Source of the DNA: the human T2T-CHM13v2.0 reference genome, Homo sapiens
Direction: 5' to 3' (one strand)
Assembly (NCBI RefSeq): GCF_009914755.1
Contig: NC_060947.1
Length of the DNA stretch: 64,000 nucleotides
Part shown: piece after piece, positions 1 to 13,954 of the stretch
Numbering within the stretch: the first letter of the stretch is position 1
Layout of the letters: every line of letters begins with the position of its first letter
The notes under the pieces: generated by a model
Databases searched by the model: none
What the model saw: only the letters and a program-made list of their open reading frames with translations
What the model was told of the DNA's origin: nothing
Made by a program: the position numbers and the translations under genes

Positions 1-614
1 TATGACCTCCCTCTGAGTGGGATGCAGAGGATCCTAGGCGAATGAGATGGAATGTGATTAATTCCCAGGCTCCTGAGAATCGGGGGAAGAATGCCAGCAG
101 TGCAGTCAGGGGCCACTCTGGGTTCTCAGCTCCCTGTCTCGGTCCTGCTCCTAAGCTCTGCCAAAGCCCTCCCAGGTCATTGCAACCCTCTCCTCCTCCG
201 GCAGGGGATGCAGAGGGAATCCCCACCAGGTATCACTTCCGCAAGGTCAAGGGTGAATAGACTTGAGGGTGAATACACTCTCAAGCCATGAATGGACTCT
301 AAACTTTGAGGTGGTGGGTAGCAGGGCTTGATCTGGTCGAAAGTGGACGGATTTGCAAGGGTTCACTGAGGTCTCTGACTCAAAATGACCAAGAACCGCT
401 TGCTGTTCACGTCCAACCTGGATGTGCCTGAGTTGGACTTCTGCTTCTTCACTGCGCGCGTGTAGAACTGAAGCGGGTCTTTGCTGCATCTTCTCCAGAA
501 CCCTGGATTTTACAGACAGCACTGAGGTCCCTTCATAAACTCTGTCTTCATCCCATTGTAGAGCTCACTGGCATGCCATTCTGCTAACTCTTTTCTTCTG
601 TTTTGGAAAATATA

Positions 615-826
615 ACTTTTTATTTCAAAATGTGAATTGTATAAAATGCATAAGGGATTTTGTGATGTTGAAGTGAATTAATAAATGTATGTATAATGTC
701 TCAGTTTTTCTGTCTAATATAATAAATATTGACAAGTGTAAGCTCCATCAGTAAAACCTCTTTGAGGTCCTTGCTAATTTTTTAGAGTGCAAAGAGTGCT
801 TGAGACCAAAAGAGCTTGAGAACCAG
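615..826 (+). mobile_element. hAT-Charlie (Charlie1-like) DNA transposon 3' fragment
   Basis: TAATATAATAAATATTGAC...CTCTTTGAGGTCCTTGCTAATTTTTTAGAGTG...GAGACCAAAAGAGCTTGAGAACCA resembles the recalled Charlie1 3' terminus. Confidence 0.55.
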
Positions 827-1315
827 GGTTTGAAGACGTGCAAGGAAAGCTAGGAAAAGGCTATTCCAAGGATGGTACAAAGCACAGGGGGAAGGTTTTC
901 TGGATATATTATGTAATATGTATAATATTATACAATGTTATATAATGTATAATAAAATATATTTTATGTTTTATATAATTTATATGTAGTATATAAATAT
1001 ATTATGCACAATATTTATTTTATATATAACATAAATATATGCTATATATGTTATATGAAAATATTATATATAATTATATAAAATAATAGATATAATATAT
1101 AATCATAAAATATATAAATATATTATGAGTACTATTATATATTATATACTATATATGATTATTATATAGTATATATTATATATTTTTATATTATATATAA
1201 TATATTATTAATATACAACATACAAAATATAATTTATGAAAAAAATATAAAATATAAATATATTAATAATATATCATCTTATATAATACATAACATATAA
1301 TATTGCCTTGGGTAA
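676..1315. repeat. Long inverted repeat, left arm (pairs with 2046-2696)
   Basis: Reverse-complement match to 2046-2696; 676-1006 pairs without indels with 2696-2366 with one mismatch (692/2680). Confidence 0.97.
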
Positions 1316-3150
1316 CCATATAATATATTACATATATTATGTATAATGTATATTATATATTATGTATTATATATTATATATTATGTATAATATATATTAT
1401 ATATTATGTATTCTATATAATATGTTATGTCCAATTATATATAATATATTATGTATAATTATATATAACATATTATTATATATAATATAGAATATATATT
1501 ACTATGTGCAATAATATATAATATATTATTATTTTATATAATATACTATTGTATATAATATATATTATTATGTACAATAATATATAATATATTATGTACA
1601 ATAATATATAATATATTATGTACAATAATATATAATATATTATTGTTATATAAAATATATTATTGTATATAATATAATCTATTACATATATTATGCAAAA
1701 ATATATTTTATATATTACATATATTATGCATGCATAACATTATATTACATATATTATGCATAATAACAATATATATAATATATGCATAATAATATATTAT
1801 GAATATATTTTATATATTGCATATATTATGATATATTATGCATAATAATATATTTTTTATATATATACACTATATTATTATATAATATATAATATATAAT
1901 ACATTATATATGTAATGTATATAATACATTATATAATACATATTATATATGTAATGTATATATACATAATGTATAATATACATTTATATGTAATATGTAT
2001 TATATATTATATTATATATCATATTATATATAATATATTATATATTTACACAAGGCAATATTATATGCTATGTATTATATATGATGATATATTACTAATA
2101 TATTTATATTTTATATATTTATTTTTCATAAATTATATATCGTATGTTGTATATTATTATTATATTATATATAATATAAAATATATAATATATACTATAT
2201 AATAATCATATATAGTATATACCATATAATAATACTCATATAATATATTTATATTTTATGATTATTATATATTATATCTATCGTTTTATATAATTATATA
2301 TAATATTTTCACATAACATAATATATAACATATATTTATATGCTATATATAAAATAAATATTGTACATAATATATTTATATACTACATATAAATTATATA
2401 AAACATAAAATATATTTTATTATACATTATATAACATTGTATAATATTATACATATTACATAATATATCCAGAAAACCTTCCCCCTGTGCTTTGTACCAT
2501 CCTTGGAATAGCCTTTTCCTAGCTTTCCTTGCACGTCTTCAAACCCTGGTTCTCAAGCTCTTTTGGTCTCAAGCACTCTTTGCACTCTAAAAAATTAGCA
2601 AGGACCTCAAAGAGGTTTTACTGATGGAGCTTACACTTGTCAATATTTATTATATTAGACAGAAAAACTGAGACATTATGCATACATTTATTAATTATGT
2701 TTTGCAATTAAAATATCATATATCATATATTATACATTACATATATTATGCATAATATATGTACTATATAATATATTATTTGCATAATGTATTAAATTTT
2801 TATTATATTAAATATATTTAATATATTTAATATATTTAAATTTATTATATATTACATAATATATGTAAATATATAATATTCACACAAGGCAATATTATAT
2901 GATATACATAATAATATGTAATATATAATATATTATCATATATAAATATGATATATAACATATGATGATGTATATTATATATTAATATAATATATAATTA
3001 TATAAATATGTTTTTATATATCAATAAAATATATTATATAATGTAATATATAATCATTACATAATATAAAATGTATATTATACAGACTATATATATCACT
3101 TACATATATGCATGTGTATATATAAATATATTTCTATGGGTACATATATG
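905..3150. repeat. AT-rich low-complexity (TA/TATTA-type) expansion, interrupted at ~2469-2696 by inverted copy of flanking DNA
   Basis: Almost exclusively A/T degenerate TATAT/ATTAT motifs. Confidence 0.95.
2046..2696. repeat. Long inverted repeat, right arm (pairs with 676-1315)
   Basis: CCAGAAAACCTTCCCCCTGTGC...GAGACATTATGCATACATTTATTAATT is the reverse complement of 676-903. Confidence 0.97.
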
Positions 3151-3460
3151 AATCATTTATGCATAAGTGGTCATTGAAATTGTAGGTGTGGATGGCTTCA
3201 GGTAGAGAGAGATGAGTTAGAAACACAAGGGAAGCTTGGGATTGCTCCAGGGGGGACATGAAAATGCCAGCATTCTCTCGGAGACTAGAAAGCTTCTATC
3301 ACTTAAGCTGAATGGTGGACCCATGAGGGTTTGCATTATTGTTGTAAGTCTTCTTTGGAGCATATTTAAAATTCAGTCGCAACATTTAACAGACAAGATG
3401 GCTTTACGAAGGATAAAGTAGGAAGATTGATTAGAAGAAAAACTGCAGGGTATCACTGTA

Positions 3461-3710
3461 GGAGGAGAAGGAGGAGGAGGAGGAGAAAGATGAGAAGGAG
3501 GAGAAGGAGGAAGAGAGGAGGCAGAGGGAGAGAGGAAGAGAAGAGGAGGAGGAGAAGGAGGAAGAGAGGAGGCAGAGGGAGAGAGGAAGAGAAGAGAGGA
3601 GGAGAAAGAAGAGCAGAGGGAGGAGGAAGAGAGGAAGAGGAGAAGGAAGATGAAGAGAGGAGAAGAAAAAGGAAAAGGAAGCGGCAGAGGAGAAGGAGGA
3701 GGAGGAAGAA
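3461..3710. repeat. GA-rich polypurine low-complexity repeat
   Basis: GGA/GAA/GAG runs with an internal ~51 bp duplication. Confidence 0.9.
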
Positions 3711-4502
3711 AGGTCTACTGCCTTCACGGCCATTTGAGTCAGAGGAGTCCCCACTGCAATCATGATGATGCAGTCAATGGGAACAAAGGCTGACTGGCAT
3801 GAATTCAGGAAGAGTGGCTGAGAACATGCACACACAAAACAGATAGGACAGGGGAGGTGAGAGCAGTGAAGACCACACCTCATCCTGTAGTGCACGAATC
3901 CGTCTGGACGTTGGCATCCATGACAGTGCCTCCATGAAAGCATGAACTCTTATCCCCTGCTCTCATCCTGGAAAAGGTTCTTGAAGTCCCCTCCCTGCAA
4001 CGTTCACTGGAGGAACTGAACCTTAATTGCTACTAAGAAACCTTTTGGCAGTGGAAGAAATGCAAGATAAAGTCTAATTGGCTGATGACTGCGTATGGGC
4101 CCACACTCAGGAATAATTTATCTTTCGTGTTTGGCAGCAAATTTTCGGAGCGCAGAGCTAATGTTTACATGTTTTTGAGCTTGTGTGATACTGTAATTTT
4201 GCAAGGCTTTGGATGCAGATATTTTGATTGGCCCTTTTGCTTATTATAACAAGACTTATAATAATAATAAATCATAAAACATCATCATAACTGAATTATA
4301 AGGCTGGACAGAATGTTAAGGAGTCAGTAAGAGCAAGCAATCCTTGGTACTGCTGGTAAGTATTTCCGGGCAACTGCAATGTTGGGATGCATTTCATAAT
4401 GTTTAGGACAATCTCCCCCTGTGTCTGATGGGTTGTAAAATTCCCAAAACTTCCACTCTCTCCACGACACAATTTACCAAAAAAGTTGGGTGCATTTTTT
4501 CT

Positions 4503-4740
4503 TTTGCTAGGGCTGCTATCACCAAATTCTGTATGACGAGTGGTTTAAAACAACATAAATTTATTGCCTTACGGCTCTGAAGAGCAGAAGTCTGAAATCA
4601 AGGTGTCGGCACAGTTGGTTCTTTCTGGAGGCTCTGAAAAAATCTGCCGCTGTGTTCGCTTTTGGTGAATTTCATTAATCCCTTGGTGTTCTTTGCTTGT
4701 AGACCTGGCATCCAATCTCTCTCTCTATGGTCACTTTGGT
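4503..4740 (-). mobile_element. MLT1 (MaLR LTR) fragment
   Basis: GCTAGGGCTGCTATCACCAAATT...CAGAAGTCTGAAATCAAGGTGTCGGCA typical of an antisense MLT1C-type LTR. Confidence 0.65.
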
Positions 4741-4764
4741 AATATTTATTCCCATCCAATAAAA

Positions 4765-5295
4765 CAGGGGTCCCCAACCCCCAGGCCATGGACCAGTACC
4801 AGTCCACCGCCTGTTACAAAGCGAGCCACACGACAGGAAGTGATCAGCAGGTGGGCGAGCAAGCAAAGCTTCATCTGTACTGACAGCCATTCCCCATCGC
4901 TCACATAACCACATGAGTTCCGCCTCCTGTCAGATCAGTAGTGGCATTAGATTCTCATAGGAGCATGAACCCTACTGTGAACTACCCATGCAAGGGATCT
5001 AGGTTGATGCTCCTTAAGATAATCTAATGCCTGATGATCTGTCATTGTCTCCCATCACCCCCAGATGGGACCTTCCAGTTGCAGGAAAACAAGCTCAGGG
5101 CTCCCACTGATTCTACATTATGGTAAGTTGTAGAATTATTTCATTATGTATTCCAATGTAACAGTAATAGAAATAAAGTGCACAATCAATGTAATGTGCT
5201 TGAATCATCCCGATGCCATTGTCCTGCCCCAGATCCCTGTAAAAATTGTCTGACATGAAACCTGTCCTTGGTGCCAAAAAGGTTGGGGACCACTG
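4765..5295 (+). mobile_element. MER1A (hAT-Charlie) full length
   Basis: TIRs CAGGGGTCCCCAACC / GGTTGGGGACCACTG, ~530 bp, imperfect 8-bp TSD CAATAAAA/CAATACAG. Confidence 0.9.
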
Positions 5296-5724
5296 CAATA
5301 CAGAGTGGAAGGTGAAGTAGAGTGTACAGAAATAATCCAACAGGAAGGAGCTGGTTGTTAGCTGGTGCATGTAGCCTTCTTGGACCACTCTCTACTCTTT
5401 ACCGTCTCTATCTTGTCAGCACCAATACTCATCAATATTTCATATGGCAAATATGAGTTTAGAATGGGCATACCATAATCAACCTAAACAAGTGATTCGT
5501 CTATTACGACAGACACTACCTACTAATACTAATGTCTCAATACTTATTATTATTCATGCATTCATGAGCTATGACTATTGTAAACATGGAGGCAAGTTCT
5601 TTACAACTGAATGACCTACCCAAAAGTCAGGATGAGGGAAGACTCCAGCTCATTAACTATCAATCTAGTATTCAAGAAAAAGACCAAATGGTGCTTGTCA
5701 AATTGAGTTTAAAAGTCTACTCCT

Positions 5725-6025
5725 GGCTGGACGCGGGTGGCTTACGCCTGTAATCCTAGCACTTTGGAAGGCCGAGGCTGGCAGATCACAAGGTCAGGAG
5801 ATCGAGACCATGCTGGCTAACACAGTGAAACCCCGTCTCTACTAAAAATACAAAAAAATTAGCCGGGCGAGATGGCGGGCACCTATAGTCCCAGCTACTC
5901 AGGAGGCTGAGGCAGGAGAATGGTGTGAACCCAGGAGGCAGAGCTTGCAGGGAGCCGAGATTGCACCACTGCACTCCAGCCTGGGTGATAGAACGAGACT
6001 CCATCTCAAGAAAAAAAAAAAAAAA
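5725..6025 (+). mobile_element. AluY
   Basis: Diagnostic GGAGATCGAGACCATGCTGGCTAACAC; poly-A; TSD AAAAG(T/C)CTACTCCT. Confidence 0.9.
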
Positions 6026-7556
6026 GCCTACTCCTATTATAAATTTTCTCTGCCCAGCTTTAAATGCAAAGTTCCATAGCTGAAATTAATTGTTGGTTTC
6101 TCGACAGAAAACAGGAGCAAGCTGTGTTGAGTCACTTCATGGTATGTCTTACCATGGGATTGTTGACCAGAATAACATTTTATTAGACCTAATTAGGGAT
6201 TCATTAGTGGGAAATACGCGTATTTGGATTTCGCAGATGATGAGACATGCCCTGTTTGTTTGCCTCATCGAATTTTGACAGATAAGATGCCTGGGTGACC
6301 CCGTCAAAGGGAAATTCTACTGTGGTTTGAAATATTAGAGCCATAGCAAAGCTTGCTTCTCAAAAACATACCAGCCCAAAGGCATATGTTTTGCATAATA
6401 TTTATTGCAATATTTGGGCATGTTGATATACAGCATAAAGATTCTTTGCCACTTGTGCCTTTTGGGTTAATAGATTGTTATGTCTTTGATCTTCTGCCAA
6501 GTTAAAGGTTATTTGGTAGTTTCTATGAATTCAGAGACAATTTTACAAACCATCGCCTTTCCAGTGTGAAAAGAATGCCTGGGTGAAGTGACAGTAGCAA
6601 TTGCATCTTCATGAAACGGAGCGAGAATGCATCGTCTCCCACGTTGGGTGAATGGGACCTGATTGGTGAGGCTGACAGTTTCATTGGTGGTGGAGAGGAA
6701 AAACTTATTTAAAACAAATAAATGCATTTTGCCAAGGGCTGTCACCTTTGCCAAGGAAGCTGAGTTTGAATCCACCCTGCAGAAGGTGCAAAGAATCTTT
6801 AAGCAATATGTAAACATGACCAAATATTGTGACAAATAAATAAACAGGGAACACAAGTTTTCAAGAGAGGGACGTGACGGAGGAAGCAGTCTCAGTTACC
6901 CCTTCTAGCAGCAAGGCTACCAGGAGGAAGGTGCTCCAAATGCCATGGGCAGAGCAGGATGACCAGAGGGGCATCCTGTTCTGAGCAATGAGGGGCCCAG
7001 AAAACACAGAAACACCTTAGAGAGTGGCTGCATTAGTCTTTTATCAATGTTTAAGCATGGATTTTTTACATGGAATCACAGTTATCCATTCCATATTGCT
7101 GACTAAATGGCTACATTATTTATTTTTTTCTGATCCTTCATTCTTTCATTTGTATTTGGAAACAGCAAACACTGTTTTCAGATGACCACAGAATATTACT
7201 ACAGTGAATGTTTTCCAGCAAAAGGTATAATATTTTTTATTCTGTGCTAGTTCAGTGCTTAATGCATAGTAAGAGTCATGCATACATACATACATACACA
7301 CACAAACAAGTACATACATAGGCATTGTCATGGCTAATTATATGTGTCAACCTGGCTGCGCCATGGGGTTCCCACATATTTGGTCAAATGTTACTCTAGA
7401 TGTGTTTATGAATATTATTCTGGTTGAGATTAATGAATCAATCAGTAGACTTAGTAGAGTGGATTGTCTTCTGTTATGTGGGTAACAGAGCAATTGGTTC
7501 AACGGTGGTGTCATTAGGGAACAGGGAGGAAAGACAAGAAAACAGAAAAGTTGTTG

Positions 7557-7674
7557 GCCACTGTGGAAAACAGTGTGGAGATTCCTTAAATAACTAAAAG
7601 TAGAACTACCATTCGATCCAGCAACCCCACTCCTGGGTATCTATCCAGAAGAAAAGAAGTCATTATATGAAAAA
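7557..7674 (+). mobile_element. Internal L1 (L1PB-like, ORF2 3' region) fragment with no poly-A
   Basis: Closely similar to 17513-17630 of the L1PB element in this window. Confidence 0.85.
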
Positions 7675-7794
7675 GGATTGTCCTCTGTTATGAGGGTGGA
7701 CATAGAACAAAGAAAAAAATGGAGTAACAAAGAATTTGCTCTCTCTGCCTGTCTTCAAGCTGGGACAATAGTTTTACTCCTGACTCCACATTAG

Positions 7795-8460
7795 ACTCAG
7801 GCTGCAACTCTTACCATTGGCTCTCCTGGGTCTCAGACCTTCAGAGTCAGACTGGAGCTCTCACCATCAGCTCTTCTGGGTCTTGGGCCTTCAGACTCAG
7901 ACTGGAACTCACACCCTCAGCTCTCCTGGGACTCAGACCTTCAAACTCAGACTGGAACTCTCACCATCAGTTCTCCTGGGTCTCAGGCCTCCATACTCAG
8001 ACTGGAACTCATGTCATCAGCTCTTCTCAGTCTCAGGCCTTCACACAGGAACTCACACCCTCAGCTCTCCTGGGTCTCAGACCTTCAGACTCAGACTGGA
8101 ACTCTCATCATCAGCTCTCCTGGGTCTCAGGCCTCCATGCTCAGACTGGAACTCACATCATCAACTCTTCTCAGTCTCAGGCCTTCACACAGGAACTCAC
8201 ACCATCAGCTCTCCTGGGTCTCAGGTCATCACACTGGAACTCAAACCATCAGCTTTCCTGGATCTCAGGCTGTCACACTGGAACTCACACCATTGGCTCT
8301 CCTGGGTCTCAGGACTTCAGACTCAGAATGGAACTCACATCCTTGGCTTTCTCAGGTCTTAGACCTTCAGACTCAGACTGAAAGTCACACCCTTGGCTCT
8401 TCTGGGTCTCAGACCTTCAGACTGGAACTCATACCATCCGCCTTCCTGGGTCTCCAGGCT
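7795..8460 (+). repeat. Minisatellite, 50/44-bp units, ~14 copies, derived from MLT2
   Basis: CTCAGACTGGAACTC at 7896, 7946, 7996; unit CTCAGACTGGAACTCACACCATCAGCTCTCCTGGGTCTCAGGCCTTCAGA. Confidence 0.92.
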
Positions 8461-8609
8461 TAATAACTAAATCTACAGGCAGCATTATGGGTGAATCTTA
8501 GAAATTCAAAATTGGCAGAAAAAAATATATAGGAGAGGATGTGCTATGTTAGCAATAACTATGATTCAAAAGTGAGCAAAAGTGAACCATAAAATTTAAT
8601 GCACCCAGA

Positions 8610-9470
<861 letters not shown>

Positions 9471-10084
9471 TTTTCTTAGTCTTAAGAGAGTACCAAGGAG
9501 ACAGGATTTTTAAGAAAATAGCAGTGAGGGGAGAGGGATCAAATTGGGATTGAAAGCAATTAGTCTGAAAAAATTCCAATTGCCTCTTCCTTCCAGGGTC
9601 CATCTTACTGACCTAGCTTGAATGAGGTCTCCACCCTTTGAGGCATAAAACCAGAAAATGGTGGTGACAGCATAGTGCAGTCGTAGAGAATCCACTCTTA
9701 CGTCAGCGAGATCCATTAAGGGCTAAAGAATCATTGGAGATAGGAAACTATGCAGGAAGGATTCACTGTACCTAAAACTAATTTATACTGTGTGTGAAGT
9801 GTTGGGTATCTTCAAAGGAAAATATGCAATGGTGTGAAAGGATGAATATGCAAAGCATGTTAAGAAGCAAGCCAATAAAATAAGCATGGATCCAACAACC
9901 CACATAAAAAATGGAGAATATTTCTCATTCATTGTTGCTTTCAAGGCTTGCTTCTCTACTGCCTTGAAAATCCCACAGTCAAAGTTAAATATGTTCCTGA
10001 ATTTTTTGTGTAATAAAAACATAACAATTTTGCCTAAGAGCTCTGTTTTCCTAATCAGTATATTATGGTTTACTTAGGCTAGCA

Positions 10085-10490
10085 TTTGAATCATATTCAC
10101 TGGGAGCACACTGCATAGTCTGTATTTTTTCCCTTCCAACAATTTGAAATTTCTGAGATTCAGCCATGACTCTGCACATAGATTTAGTTTATTCGTTTTG
10201 CCTTTGTACAATCTTTCACTATGTAACTATTTCACACTTTACAGATCCATCCCCCTGACGGTGAACATCTGAGTTGTTGCAGGGTTTTACCGTTACAAAC
10301 ATTTCTGCTAAGGCCATGCTTATCTATGTACAAGAGTATGCAAGAGTTCCTCTAAAGTGTATACCAGCGAGGGGAATTGGTGGGTCGTGTTCTGATTTAA
10401 AGGATGGTGCCAAAGGGATCTCCAATATGGTTGTACTGATTTATGGTCCCAGCAGCAGTGGGTGAATGTTCTCATTGTTTGACATGTACA
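10085..10490 (-). mobile_element. Old L1 (L1ME-like) fragment
   Basis: Degenerate TTTCTGAGATTCAGCCATG...GAACATCTGAGTTGTTGCAG motifs. Confidence 0.5.
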
Positions 10491-10499
10491 TTAGCAGAC

Positions 10500-10930
10500 A
10501 GATTTAGCCATAATTACATGCTGCTCGCTGACACCAAACCAGTTTTTCCCTCTTTAGAGCCTGACCACATTTTCCATCTGCTCCTGGAATTCAGTGTGTG
10601 TTTGGTTGAGTTCTGGCCAAGGAAATGTGAGTATAAGCGTGTGTCCCATGGAAATCTCCCACGGGTGAGCTTCCATGAGCTTTTTCCTTGGAGTTGATAA
10701 AACTGAAACAGTGGCCAAAAAAATCAACAAACAAAAACAGGGATACCTTGCAAGGCAGGTGTTGGAGATGGCAGAGTACCAATTTGGCAATAAACCTGAG
10801 TCTCTCACTCACCACTTGTAGAAAATCTACCCAAGCAAGAACACTTGCAAAGGGCTAGTAAAGTAGGAAAAATAAACTATGATTGTGTTAAGCCAATAAA
10901 ATCTTGTGCTGCCTTTTTTCTATTGGTGAG
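10500..10930 (+). mobile_element. Old MLT1 (MLT1J-like) LTR
   Basis: GAGTTCTGGCCAAGGAAATGTGAG...TGTGTTAAGCCA motifs. Confidence 0.5.
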
Positions 10931-11469
10931 CATTACTCCGGGATTCTGAATGGGATCAACCTTGCGCATCTAAAATGACGGCGTTCTCTGGTGGCAACAT
11001 GCATTTCTGATTTTCTAGTGTGATTGGCCAAATTGTCACTGGGTTACTCAGCTCTCATAGTTCCTCTGTTAGAAAGCCCTACACTTTTTGACCTTTGCTC
11101 ATTGAAAGACTGTAAAAATAATTGTGAGAAAAGATGAAAATATGTGAGTATGTATACATCAATATTTGTAGACTTTTATAGTTATCATGCGTATAGAATA
11201 TGGGCATACAGGCACAAATGTGTTCAGAAACATGGCAATTTTAGGAATTGTTTAATTTAAGGTTTCTTTTATTTCAGGGCTTTTAAGAATATCCACAGAG
11301 CTGCACATAATGAAGGAAGTATGTATATTTGTGCCCTGACTGTGAAGAGTGTTATACCAGTTGCACAGAAATTTGCATGGATCAGAACCTTATAAGCAAA
11401 AAAGAGCAATTCCAAATTACTTTTACTTCCTTGTCATTGAATGTTCCTGGGTGATAGCCAGAACTCTAC

Positions 11470-11745
11470 ATTAGCAAATTCTCGTATAATTTTCTGTAAT
11501 AATGGAAATGTTCTATCCTGGGCTGCCAAGGTGGTAGCCTCTAGCCATTTGGGACTACTGAGCACTGAAATGCAGCTAGTGAGACCATGGAAGTGATTCT
11601 ATTATTTAATTTTTAATTTTAATATTTGTGGGTACATACTAGGTGTACAGATGGAAGTGAATTCTTATTCCTATTTTATTTTAAATCCTTTAAATTTGAA
11701 TGTAATTATCCACAGGCGTCTAGGGGTATGATGTTGGACAACACC
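11470..11745. mobile_element. MER3-like hAT relic containing a ~50 bp L1 3'-end insertion (11601-11650)
   Basis: ATAATGGAAATGTTCTAT...GTTGGACAACAC; insertion flanked by ATGGAAGTGA(A)TTCT duplication. Confidence 0.65.
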
Positions 11746-11912
11746 CCAGATCTACAGGAACTTGCCATTGAAAAGGTCAAGCAGCAACACTTCACCTGGA
11801 GTGCAGCTAGAAATGGAATTTCCCAGGTCCTGCTCAGGACTTACTGCATCAGACTCATTCGAGAGCATGTTCAGGTTTGAGAGCGTTACATGAACCACCA
11901 TTTTCATCTTGC

Positions 11913-12201
<289 letters not shown>

Positions 12202-12913
12202 TCATCTTGCTTTTTTTCTCTTTGTCAACCACTGTGAAAATCTTTCACATATTGCCTGGTTGTTCTCTTGTTGCCATTTGAGCCCATTTGTTCTCAGAAA
12301 GCAAGTGGCATTCCATCATCCCCAGGTCAAGGAGCCAAGGAAGATATTAGGTATCATCAGATGGCTGAAGCTGTTTACAGTCCAATTTGCACACCCTGTG
12401 ACCAAGTTACCGTTAGGATTCTGCCATTATCTGAGAGTGTTGGACGTTGGTCGATACGCCATTTTCTCAGACCCCAGGACACTTAGAATGACTCCCAAGA
12501 ATTCCTTCCCCAAATGGTTCCATGGTTCGTAGACATTGTTGTGTTTTGTAATGGAGGTGGCATATGTCAGGTTTGAGCCAGCAGACCGTGGGAACACAGA
12601 AAAGCAGCATCTGCCAGTAGGGTGAGTCCAGAGCGGGTTCTTGGAAGAGATGAGGGGATTTTGTGAGCTGAGCCTGGAAGAATGGGTACTGGCAAGGCAT
12701 GCTTTCTAACACTTACAGAACATTTCCAAAACAGTGACTTGGGTGAGTCCCCATTCCTGTATATTTTATGAAGAGGCTAGACATTGAGAAATAATCGTGG
12801 AGTGAGGTGAGACGTTGTGGGTGATGACGGCATATAAATATTTGCACGTATGCATGTCTGCCTAGCTGCCACATTTGGAACATATGAGTCTTTAGAAATG
12901 TAAGTGTACGAAG

Positions 12914-13225
12914 AGCTGGGCATGGTGGCCCACAGCTATAATCCCAGTGCTTTGGGAGGCTAATGAGAGAGGATTGATTTAAGACAGGAGTTCAACACCA
13001 GCCTCACAACACAGTGAGAACCCCATCTCTAAAATAAACAAAATAAAATAAAATAGTCAGCGTGCTGCAACACACCCATAATCCCAGCTACTCAGGAGGC
13101 TGAGGTGGGAGGATCACTTGAGCCCAGGGAGGTCAAGGCTGAAGTGAGCTATCATGGTGCCACTGCACCCCTGCCTGGGCAACAGAGCAAAACCCCGTCT
13201 CCTAAAATAAAAACTAAAAAATTTA
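12914..13225 (+). mobile_element. AluJ
   Basis: Diverged sense Alu dimer, GAGCCCAGGGAGGTCAAGGCTG. Confidence 0.88.
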
Positions 13226-13561
13226 AGTACAAGAGCAAAGTGATTTTTGGTTGATGATAGCTGGGGGAGGTGACTTCAGGGAAAGCAAAATAAGAACGTG
13301 GTAGATCCTAAAATGTTTAAAAGCATTTCTATAGATGGGCGCATGCACAACTTGCTCTTTTCCTTGTCCTCTGAAACTCAGGGGATACTATAATCTTAAA
13401 AGTACATGGAAAAGGAAGCTTAAATGCATACACACTATCACCAATCTATCCAGCAATCTCACTCCTTAGTATGTGGTACCAAAGGAGTTGAAAATGTATG
13501 TCCACACAAACCTGTGCACACAAATGTTTATATGGCAGCTTTAGTCGCAATTATCAAAACT

Positions 13562-13867
13562 ATTTCAACAAAATTGTATTTCCCTTTATTTAAGAAAATA
13601 GTGTTTATATTTTAGAGGAGTTTTGGGTTTACAGAAAAATTGAGAAAAAGGTACAGAGATTTCTCATATAGTCCCTGCTCCCTTACCCCAACTTCCCCCA
13701 TTATCAATATCCCCACCGGAGAGGTACGTTTGTTCTAAGGAACCTACATAGACACATCATTATTGATATGGTTTGTCTCTGTGTCTCTGCCCAAACCTCA
13801 TGTTGAATTGTAATCCCCAATGTTGGGGAGGGACCTGGTGGGGGGTGATTAGATTATGGGGGTGGAT
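13562..13867 (-). repeat. Inverted copy of 15067-15373 inserted in L1MC
   Basis: Reverse complement of MSTA end + L1MC end + flank; bounded by AAAACT direct repeat. Confidence 0.92.
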
Positions 13868-13954
13868 AAAACTTGGAGGTTACAAAGATGTGCTTCAGGC
13901 AGTGAATGGATAAATAAAGGATGATACAACCTGATCATAGAATATTATTCAGCA

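Larger units (their letters stand above)
7326..8465 (+). mobile_element. MLT2B-like (ERVL) LTR with internal insertion and minisatellite expansion
   Basis: Starts TGTCATGGCTAATTATATGTGTCAACC; later CCATCAGCTCTCCTGGGTCTCAGGCCTT motifs typical of MLT2. Confidence 0.75.

Noticed and set aside
42-522. Short ORFs at the window start as a possible exon
   Set aside because: No recognisable protein similarity or domain, and no supported splice structure.
3427-3943. Arg/Glu-rich (protamine-like) and Ser/Leu-rich ORFs
   Set aside because: Translation of a GA-rich simple repeat.
7817-8463. 150-181 aa repetitive ORFs
   Set aside because: Products of the MLT2-derived minisatellite.
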